Shown one piece after another: positions 6,447-13,050 of a stretch of DNA of 13,050 nucleotides; the stretch's first letter is position 1, and each line of letters starts with the position of its first letter. Location of the stretch: IMG/VR virus record IMGVR_UViG_2671180360_000014, one strand, 5' to 3'. This stretch comes from a virus. Taxonomy: Duplodnaviria > Heunggongvirae > Uroviricota > Caudoviricetes. The notes beneath the pieces are model-generated. The model searched no databases, was not told where the DNA came from, and worked only from the letters and a program-made list of their open reading frames with translations. The translations under genes were made by a program, and so were the position numbers.

Positions 6447-7637
6447 ATGAGTGACTATCATCACGGCGTGCAGGTGCTGGAGATTAACGACGGCACCCGC
6501 GTCATTTCCACCGTATCCACTGCCATTGTCGGCATGGTCTGCACGGCCAGCGATGCGGATGCGGAAACCTTCCCCCTCAATAAACCGGTGCTGATTACCA
6601 ATGTGCAGAGTGCAATTGCAAAGGCTGGTAAAAAAGGCACGCTGGCGGCGTCGTTGCAGGCCATCGCTGACCAGTCAAAACCGGTCACCGTTGTCGTGCG
6701 TGTGGAAGACGGCACCGGCGAAGACGAGGAAACGAAACTTGCGCAGACCGTTTCCAATATCATCGGCACCACCGACGAAAACGGCCAGTACACCGGACTG
6801 AAAGCCCTGCTGGCGGCGGAGTCGGTAACCGGTGTTAAACCGCGTATTCTCGGCGTGCCGGGACTGGACACCAAAGAGGTGGCTGTTGCACTGGCATCAG
6901 TCTGTCAGAAGCTGCGCGCTTTCGGGTATATCAGCGCATGGGGCTGTAAAACCATTTCCGAGGTGAAAGCCTACCGTCAGAATTTCAGCCAGCGTGAGCT
7001 GATGGTCATCTGGCCGGATTTCCTCGCATGGGATACGGTCACCAGTACTACCGCCACCGCGTATGCCACCGCCCGTGCGCTGGGTCTGCGTGCCAGAATT
7101 GACCAGGAGCAGGGCTGGCATAAAACGCTGTCCAATGTCGGGGTGAACGGTGTTACCGGCATCAGCGCCTCTGTATTCTGGGATTTGCAGGAGTCCGGCA
7201 CCGATGCTGACTTGCTTAACGAGTCAGGCGTCACAACGCTGATTCGCCGCGACGGTTTCCGCTTCTGGGGTAACCGTACCTGCTCTGATGACCCGCTGTT
7301 CCTCTTTGAAAACTACACCCGCACCGCGCAGGTGCTGGCCGACACGATGGCTGAGGCGCACATGTGGGCGGTGGACAAGCCCATCACCGCAACGCTGATT
7401 CGCGACATCGTTGACGGCATCAATGCCAAATTCCGTGAGCTGAAAACAAACGGCTATATCGTGGATGCGACCTGCTGGTTCAGCGAAGAATCCAACGATG
7501 CGGAAACCCTCAAGGCCGGAAAACTGTATATCGACTACGACTATACACCGGTGCCTCCTCTTGAAAACCTGACCCTGCGCCAGCGTATTACCGATAAATA
7601 CCTGGCAAATCTGGTCACTTCGGTTAACAGCAATTAA
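6447..7637 (+). CDS. FI: Contractile tail sheath protein gpFI
   Basis: 396 aa, the same length as P2 FI, with N-terminus MSDYHHGVQVLEINDGTRVISTV. A GGAG ribosome-binding site lies 8 nt upstream. It is the first gene of an FI-FII-E-T-U-D array. Confidence 0.92.
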   Translation: MSDYHHGVQVLEINDGTRVISTVSTAIVGMVCTASDADAETFPLNKPVLITNVQSAIAKAGKKGTLAASLQAIADQSKPVTVVVRVEDGTGEDEETKLAQTVSNIIGTTDENGQYTGLKALLAAESVTGVKPRILGVPGLDTKEVAVALASVCQKLRAFGYISAWGCKTISEVKAYRQNFSQRELMVIWPDFLAWDTVTSTTATAYATARALGLRARIDQEQGWHKTLSNVGVNGVTGISASVFWDLQESGTDADLLNESGVTTLIRRDGFRFWGNRTCSDDPLFLFENYTRTAQVLADTMAEAHMWAVDKPITATLIRDIVDGINAKFRELKTNGYIVDATCWFSEESNDAETLKAGKLYIDYDYTPVPPLENLTLRQRITDKYLANLVTSVNSN

Positions 7638-7649
7638 GGAGCCTGACCG

Positions 7650-8168
7650 ATGGCAATGCCGCGCAAACTCAAGTTAATGAACGTCTTTCTGAACGGCTAC
7701 AGCTATCAGGGCGTTGCAAAGTCCGTCACGCTGCCAAAACTGACCCGTAAGCTCGAAAACTATCGCGGTGCGGGGATGAACGGCAGCGCACCGGTAGACC
7801 TCGGCCTTGATGACGATGCGCTGTCAATGGAGTGGTCGCTCGGGGGCTTCCCGGATTCGGTTATCTGGGAGCTCTACGCCGCAACCGGTGTGGATGCCGT
7901 ACCGATTCGTTTTGCAGGCTCTTACCAGCGCGACGATACCGGCGAAACGGTGGCCGTCGAGGTGGTCATGCGTGGACGTCAGAAAGAAATCGACACCGGC
8001 GAGGGTAAACAGGGAGAAGACACCGAGTCGAAAATCTCCGTGGTCTGCACCTATTTCCGGTTGACGATGGACGGTAAGGAGCTGGTCGAAATCGACACCA
8101 TCAACATGATTGAGAAGGTGAACGGCGTCGACCGGCTGGAGCAACACCGCCGCAATATCGGCCTGTGA
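7650..8168 (+). CDS. FII: Tail tube protein gpFII
   Basis: 172 aa, the same length as P2 FII, with N-terminus MAMPRKLKLMNVFLNGYSYQGVAKSV. An AAGGAG ribosome-binding site lies 8 nt upstream. Confidence 0.92.
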   Translation: MAMPRKLKLMNVFLNGYSYQGVAKSVTLPKLTRKLENYRGAGMNGSAPVDLGLDDDALSMEWSLGGFPDSVIWELYAATGVDAVPIRFAGSYQRDDTGETVAVEVVMRGRQKEIDTGEGKQGEDTESKISVVCTYFRLTMDGKELVEIDTINMIEKVNGVDRLEQHRRNIGL

Positions 8169-8224
8169 TTTTCATACGGTCAGCCAGGCTGACCGGTTAA
8201 CCCTGATTCAGAAGTGAGAAAACC

Positions 8225-8500
8225 ATGAACAAAGAAAATGTCATTACCCTGGAAAATCCGGTCAAACGTGGTGAGCAGGTTATCGAACAGGTCACGCTGA
8301 TGAAACCCAGTGCCGGGACGCTGCGCGGTGTCAGTCTGGCTGCGGTCGCAAACTCCGAAGTCGATGCACTGATTAAAGTGCTGCCGCGCATGACGGCACC
8401 GATGCTGACCGAGCAGGAAGTCGCCGCGCTGGAACTGCCTGACCTTGTGGCGCTGGCCGGTAAGGTGGTCGGTTTTTTGTCGCCGAACTCGGTGCAGTAA
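8225..8500 (+). CDS. E: Tail assembly chaperone gpE (zero-frame product)
   Basis: 91 aa, the same length as P2 E. It sits between the tube gene and the tape measure gene and ends just after the slippery heptamer. Confidence 0.85.
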   Translation: MNKENVITLENPVKRGEQVIEQVTLMKPSAGTLRGVSLAAVANSEVDALIKVLPRMTAPMLTEQEVAALELPDLVALAGKVVGFLSPNSVQ

Positions 8501-8652
8501 CGTTTCCGAAAAATCTCTCGGTCGATGACCTGATGGCGGATGTGGCAGTGATATTTCACTGGCCGCCATCAGAACTGTATCCCATGAGCCTGACCGAACT
8601 CATCACATGGCGCGAAAGGGCGCTCCGGCGAAGCGGAAACACGAATGAGTAA
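8225..8652 (+). CDS. E': Tail assembly chaperone gpE+E', made by programmed -1 ribosomal frameshift at 8473-8479
   Basis: After slippage at T TTT TTG, the -1 frame reads VAELGAVTFPKNLSVDDLMADVAVIFHWPPSELYPMSLTELITWRERALRRSGNTNE and stops at 8650-8652, overlapping the T start at 8645. Total length is 85+57 = 142 aa, as I recall for P2 E+E'. Confidence 0.75.
8473..8479 (+). promoter_or_regulatory. -1 programmed frameshift slippery heptamer T_TTT_TTG
   Basis: X XXY YYZ heptamer in the E zero frame (GGT TTT TTG) near the 3' end of E, the conserved position for tail-chaperone frameshifts between the tube and tape measure genes. Confidence 0.75.
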
Positions 8653-11092
8653 CAATGTAAAATTACAGGTATTGCTCAGGGCTGTTGACCAGGCATCCCG
8701 CCCGTTTAAATCCATCCGCACAGCGAGCAAGTCGCTGTCGGGGGATATCCGGGAAACACAAAAATCACTGCGCGAGCTGAACGGTCAGGCATCCCGTATT
8801 GAGGGATTTCGCAAGACCAGTGCACAGCTCGCCGTGACTGGTCATGCACTTGAAAAGGCTCGACAGGAGGCCGAAGCCCTTGCCACACAGTTTAAAAACA
8901 CCGAACGTCCGACCCGTGCTCAGGCGAAAGTGCTGGAATCCGCAAAGCGTGCGGCGGAGGACTTACAGGCGAAATATAACCGCCTGACGGATTCCGTTAA
9001 ACGCCAGCAGCGGGAACTGGCCGCTGTGGGAATTAATACCCGCAATCTTGCACATGATGAGCAGGGGCTGATAAACCGTATCAGTGAAACCACCGCACAA
9101 CTTAACCGTCAGCGCGACGCACTGGCGCGTGTCAGTGCACAACAGGCAAAACTTAACGCAGTCAAACAGCGTTATCAGGCCGGAAAGGAACTGGCCGGAA
9201 ATATGGCCTCAGTGGGCGCTGCCGGTGTGGGGATTGCTGCTGCGGGAACGATGGCCGGAGTTAAGTTGCTGATGCCCGGTTATGAGTTTGCGCAGAAAAA
9301 CTCAGAATTGCAGGCCGTGCTAGGTGTGGCAAAAGACTCCGCCGAAATGACCGCACTACGCAAACAGGCGCGCCAGCTCGGCGACAATACCGCCGCCTCG
9401 GCGGATGATGCGGCCGGTGCACAGATAATCATCGCGAAAGCGGGTGGGGATGTTGATGCCATTCAGGCGGCAACGCCGGTCACGCTGAATATGGCGCTGG
9501 CGAACCGCCGCACGATGGAAGAAAACGCCGCCCTGCTGATGGGGATGAAATCCGCCTTTCAGCTTTCAAACGATAAGGTCGCTCATATCGGGGATGTTCT
9601 CTCCATGACGATGAACAAAACCGCCGCCGATTTTGACGGCATGAGCGATGCGCTGACCTATGCCGCACCTGTGGCAAAAAATGCCGGTGTCAGCATTGAA
9701 GAAACCGCCGCAATGGTCGGGGCGCTGCATGATGCAAAAATCACAGGCTCAATGGCGGGGACGGGAAGCCGTGCCGTGTTAAGCCGCCTGCAGGCACCGA
9801 CGGGAAAAGCATGGGATGCACTCAAAGAGCTTGGAGTGAAAACCTCAGACAGCAAGGGAAACACCCGGCCAATATTTACCATTCTGAAAGAAATGCAGGC
9901 CAGTTTTGAGAAAAACCGGCTCGGTACTGCCCAGCAGGCTGAATACATGAAAACTATTTTCGGGGAGGAGGCCAGCTCAGCCGCCGCCGTGCTGATGACT
10001 GCCGCCTCAACCGGAAAGCTGGACAAACTGACCGCTGCGTTTAAAGCCTCAGACGGGAAGACTGCCGAGCTGGTAAATATCATGCAGGACAACCTCGGCG
10101 GTGACTTTAAGGAGTTTCAGTCCGCTTATGAGGCGGTGGGGACAGACCTGTTTGACCAGCAGGAAGGCGCACTGCGTAAGCTCACGCAGACGGCCACAAA
10201 GTATGTGTTAAAACTCGACGGCTGGATCCAGAAAAACAAATCACTGGCGTCAACCATCGGCCTCATTGTCGGTGGCGCGCTGGCGCTTATTGGCATCATC
10301 GGTGCCATTGGTCTTGTAGCCTGGCCGGTTATCACTGGCATCAATGCCATCATCGCGGCAGCAGGCGCAATGGGGGCAGTCTTCACGACGGTTGGCAGTG
10401 CTGTTATGACCGCCATCGGGGCGATTAGCTGGCCGGTTGTGGCCGTGGTGGCCGCCATTGTCGCCGGGGCGTTGCTTATCCGTAAATACTGGGAGCCTGT
10501 CAGCGCATTCTTTGGCGGTGTGGTGGAAGGGCTGAAAGCGGCATTTGCGCCGGTGGGGGAGCTGTTCTCGCCACTTAAGCCGGTGTTCGACTGGCTGGGC
10601 GAAAAGTTACAGGCCGCGTGGCAGTGGTTTAAAAACCTGATTGCCCCGGTCAAAGCCACTCAGGACACCCTGAACAGTTGCCGTGACACGGGGGTCATGT
10701 TCGGGCAGGCACTGGCTGACGCGCTGATGCTGCCGCTTAATGCGTTCAACAAACTGCGCAGCGGTATTGACTGGGTACTGGAAAAACTCGGTGTTATCAA
10801 CAAAGAGTCAGACACACTTGACCAGACCGCCGCCAGAACTCAAGCCGCCACGTATGGCAGCGGTGGTTATATTCCGGCGACCAGCTCTTATGCAGGCTAT
10901 CAGGCTTATCAGCCGGTCACGGCACCGGCTGGCCGCTCTTATGTGGACCAGAGTAAAAACGAATATCACATCAGCCTGACGGGGGGGACTGCGCCGGGGA
11001 CACAGCTCGACCGCCAGTTACAGGATGCGCTCGAAAAATACGAGCGGGATAAACGTGCGCGCGCCCGTGCCAGCATGATGCATGACGGTTAA
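8645..11092 (+). CDS. T: Tail tape measure protein gpT
   Basis: 815 aa, the same length as P2 T. It has a coiled-coil-rich N-terminal half and a hydrophobic glycine/alanine-rich stretch (LIVGGALALIGIIGAIGLVAWPVITGINAIIAAAGAMGAV). Its position after E/E' fits. Confidence 0.92.
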   Translation: MSNNVKLQVLLRAVDQASRPFKSIRTASKSLSGDIRETQKSLRELNGQASRIEGFRKTSAQLAVTGHALEKARQEAEALATQFKNTERPTRAQAKVLESAKRAAEDLQAKYNRLTDSVKRQQRELAAVGINTRNLAHDEQGLINRISETTAQLNRQRDALARVSAQQAKLNAVKQRYQAGKELAGNMASVGAAGVGIAAAGTMAGVKLLMPGYEFAQKNSELQAVLGVAKDSAEMTALRKQARQLGDNTAASADDAAGAQIIIAKAGGDVDAIQAATPVTLNMALANRRTMEENAALLMGMKSAFQLSNDKVAHIGDVLSMTMNKTAADFDGMSDALTYAAPVAKNAGVSIEETAAMVGALHDAKITGSMAGTGSRAVLSRLQAPTGKAWDALKELGVKTSDSKGNTRPIFTILKEMQASFEKNRLGTAQQAEYMKTIFGEEASSAAAVLMTAASTGKLDKLTAAFKASDGKTAELVNIMQDNLGGDFKEFQSAYEAVGTDLFDQQEGALRKLTQTATKYVLKLDGWIQKNKSLASTIGLIVGGALALIGIIGAIGLVAWPVITGINAIIAAAGAMGAVFTTVGSAVMTAIGAISWPVVAVVAAIVAGALLIRKYWEPVSAFFGGVVEGLKAAFAPVGELFSPLKPVFDWLGEKLQAAWQWFKNLIAPVKATQDTLNSCRDTGVMFGQALADALMLPLNAFNKLRSGIDWVLEKLGVINKESDTLDQTAARTQAATYGSGGYIPATSSYAGYQAYQPVTAPAGRSYVDQSKNEYHISLTGGTAPGTQLDRQLQDALEKYERDKRARARASMMHDG

Positions 11093-11106
11093 GGAGGTGA
11101 CGAAAA

Positions 11107-11586
11107 ATGATGCTCGCGTTAGGTATGTTTGTTTTTATGCGCCAGACGCTGCCACACCAGACCATGCAGCGTGAATCAGATTATCGCTGGCCGTCAAATT
11201 CCCGTATCGGCAAACGGGATGCCTTTCAGTTTCTCGGTGTGGGTGAGGAAAACATCACGCTGGCCGGTGTGCTTTATCCCGAACTGACCGGCGGCAAGCT
11301 GACGATGACCACGCTCAGGCTGATGGCAGAGGAAGGCCGGGCGTGGCCGTTGCTGGATGGCACCGGCATGATTTACGGCATGTATGTCATCAGTAAGGTG
11401 AGTGAAACAGGGAGTATTTTCTTTGCAGACGGCACACCCCGAAAAATTGATTTTACGCTGTCGCTCACCCGCGTTGATGAATCACTGGCCGCGCTTTATG
11501 GCGATATCGGTAAACAGGCGGAATCGCTCATCGGTAAGGCTGGCAATATGGCGACTAAATTCACGGGTATGACGGAGGCGGGATAA
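11107..11586 (+). CDS. U: Tail protein gpU
   Basis: 159 aa, the same length as P2 U. An AAGGAGG ribosome-binding site lies 9 nt upstream. Its stop overlaps the D start (TAATG). Confidence 0.88.
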   Translation: MMLALGMFVFMRQTLPHQTMQRESDYRWPSNSRIGKRDAFQFLGVGEENITLAGVLYPELTGGKLTMTTLRLMAEEGRAWPLLDGTGMIYGMYVISKVSETGSIFFADGTPRKIDFTLSLTRVDESLAALYGDIGKQAESLIGKAGNMATKFTGMTEAG

Positions 11587-12750
11587 TGCTGGATGCGCTG
11601 ACATTTGATGCAGGCAGTACGCTGACGCCGGATTACATGCTGATGCTCGACAGCAAGGATATTACCGGCAATATCAGCGACCGTCTGATGAGCATGACCC
11701 TGACGGATAACCGGGGCTTTGAGGCTGACCAGCTTGATATTGAACTGAACGACGCCGACGGGCAGGTCGGGCTACCGATTCGTGGCGCTGTCCTGACGGT
11801 GTATATCGGCTGGAAAGGTTTTGCCCTGGTATGCAAAGGGAAATTTACCGTTGATGAGGTTGAACACCGGGGCGCGCCGGATGTGGTTACCATCCGCGCC
11901 CGGAGTGCAGATTTCCGCGGGACGCTCAATTCCCGCCGTGAAGGCTCCTGGCATGACACCACGCTCGGTGCGATTGTTGAGGCGATAGCCTCCCGTAACA
12001 GGCTGGAAGCCAGTGTCGCTCCGTCACTGGCCGGAATTAAAATCCCGCACATCGACCAGTCGCAGGAGTCTGATGCGAAATTCCTGACCCGTCTTGCAGA
12101 ACGCAACGGCGGTGAGGTGTCGGTAAAAATGGGAAAACTGTTGTTTCTCAAAGCGGGGGCAGGGGGTGACGGCCAGCGGTAAAAAAATCCCGCAGATTAC
12201 CATCACCCGCAGCGACGGCGACCGTCATCATTTTGCGATTGCTGACCGTGGAGCCTATACCGGCGTAACGGCAAAGTGGCTTCACACCAAAGACCCGAAG
12301 CCGCAAAAGCAGAAGGTAAAACTGAAACGCAAAAAGAAAGAAAAACACCTGCGCGCACTGGAGCACCCAAAAGCGAAACCGGTCAGGCAGAAGAAAGCGC
12401 CAAAAGTACCGGAAGCGCGCGAAGGTGAATATATGGCCGGTGAGGCTGACAATGTTTTTGCCCTGACCACGGTATATGCCACGAAAGCGCAGGCCATGCG
12501 CGCCGCTCAGGCGAAGTGGGATAAACTGCAACGGGGCGTTGCGGAGTTCTCCATCAGCCTGGCTACCGGTCGGGCAGATATTTACACGGAAACACCGGTT
12601 AAAGTGTCAGGCTTTAAGCGCGTCATAGACGAGCAGGACTGGACAATCACTAAGGTGACACATTTTCTGAATAATAGCGGCTTCACGACGTCCCTGGAGC
12701 TTGAGGTCAGGCTTTCTGATGTGGAGTACGAAACAGAAGATGATGAGTGA
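11586..12750 (+). pseudogene. D: Tail protein gpD, disrupted by a +1 frame change in a G-run (or a homopolymer sequencing error)
   Basis: Two overlapping ORFs (11586-12182 in frame 0, 12166-12750 in frame +1) span 1165 nt, one more than the 1164 nt needed for 387 aa plus stop. Removing one G from GGGGG at 12155-12159 joins them into a 387-aa protein (...LLFLKAG/QGVTASGKKIPQ...), the length I recall for P2 gpD. Confidence 0.7.
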
Positions 12751-12768
12751 TGTATTTATTTTATCTGT

Positions 12769-12797
12769 TTGTTTTATAAGGATAAATTAACTAAAAT
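12769..12797 (+). promoter_or_regulatory. Candidate sigma70-type promoter for ogr (-35 TTGTTT, 17-bp spacer, -10 TAAAAT)
   Basis: TTGTTT at 12769-12774 and TAAAAT at 12792-12797 with a 17-bp spacer in the AT-rich D-ogr intergenic region. GGAAGAGG follows at 12816-12823 as a ribosome-binding site 8 nt before the ATG at 12832. Confidence 0.35.
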
Positions 12798-12831
12798 GGC
12801 ACCATCAACAAAACCGGAAGAGGTGCTCGCG

Positions 12832-13050
12832 ATGTTTCATTGTCCTTTATGCCAGCATGCCGCACATGCGCGTACAAGTCGCTATATCACTGACACGACA
12901 AAAGAGCGTTATCACCAGTGTCAGAACGTGAATTGCAGCGCCACGTTCATCACTTATGAGTCGGTACAGAGATACATCGTGAAGCCGGGAGAAGTCCACG
13001 CCGTGAGGCCGCACCCGTTGCCGTCAGGGCAGCAAATTATGTGGATGTAA
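12832..13050 (+). CDS. ogr: Late-gene transcriptional activator Ogr (zinc-finger, Ogr/Delta family)
   Basis: 72-aa product MFHCPLCQHAAHARTSRYITDTTKERYHQCQNVNCSATFITYESVQRY... with the Cys-X2-Cys...Cys-X4-Cys arrangement, matching P2 Ogr as I remember it. The track ORF 12769-13050 begins at an upstream TTG that lacks a ribosome-binding site. Confidence 0.9.
   Translation: MFHCPLCQHAAHARTSRYITDTTKERYHQCQNVNCSATFITYESVQRYIVKPGEVHAVRPHPLPSGQQIMWM

Larger units (their letters stand above)
1..13050. mobile_element. P2-like prophage, late/tail morphogenesis region with tail-fibre inversion module
   Basis: Gene content and order FI-FII-E/E'-T-U-D-ogr, with protein lengths 396, 172, 91/142, 815, 159, 387 (after frame repair) and 72 aa that match my memory of P2. 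Baseplate J/I and an H-type fibre with P2-like N-terminus are also present. Confidence 0.9.

Noticed and set aside
6461-6874. 137-aa - strand ORF inside FI, and similar short ORFs antisense to FII, E and D (7824-8147, 8180-8569, 11633-12151, 12148-12531)
   Set aside because: All lie antisense to confidently assigned tail genes and lack start contexts.
9658-10659. Two long - strand ORFs (144 and 177 aa) inside the tape measure gene
   Set aside because: Antisense to T. Alanine/serine/proline-rich low-complexity translations reflect the alanine/glycine-rich sense frame.
1-13050. CRISPR arrays, tRNA/rRNA genes, diversity-generating retroelement, tyrosine-recombinase shufflon
   Set aside because: No short regularly spaced direct repeats, no tRNA-like structures, and no reverse transcriptase or Rci-type recombinase ORF. 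The only recombinase is the serine invertase.

Overview
This window is the tail-morphogenesis (late) region of a P2-like prophage from an enterobacterium. The right 7.3 kb (5794-13050, + strand) follows the P2 order: a Gin/Pin/Cin/Hin-family serine DNA invertase, then tail sheath FI, tail tube FII, chaperone E with its -1 frameshift product E+E', tape measure T, U, D and the late activator Ogr. The left 5.8 kb holds baseplate and tail-fibre genes on the - strand (an N-truncated W, then J, I, H and a tail-fibre assembly gene) and an alternative fibre tip plus assembly gene on the + strand. A 37-bp inverted repeat (1-37 and 5727-5763) sits beside the invertase, so this looks like a Mu G-segment / e14 P-segment style tail-fibre inversion switch. 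Three things are unusual. The segment between the inverted repeats is 5.7 kb and contains a whole W'-J-I-H block, and flipping it would restore P2 gene order. A perfect 1,256-bp direct repeat (660-1915 and 4471-5726) creates a novel joint at 4470/4471 that truncates both W and a tfa gene. Gene D is split by a +1 frame shift in a G-run. An assembly artefact across the repeats cannot be excluded from sequence alone. All assignments rest on reading the supplied translations against remembered P2/Mu/e14 protein families; no database search was run. The ORF track uses alternative start codons, and self-derived coordinates may be off by a base in places.
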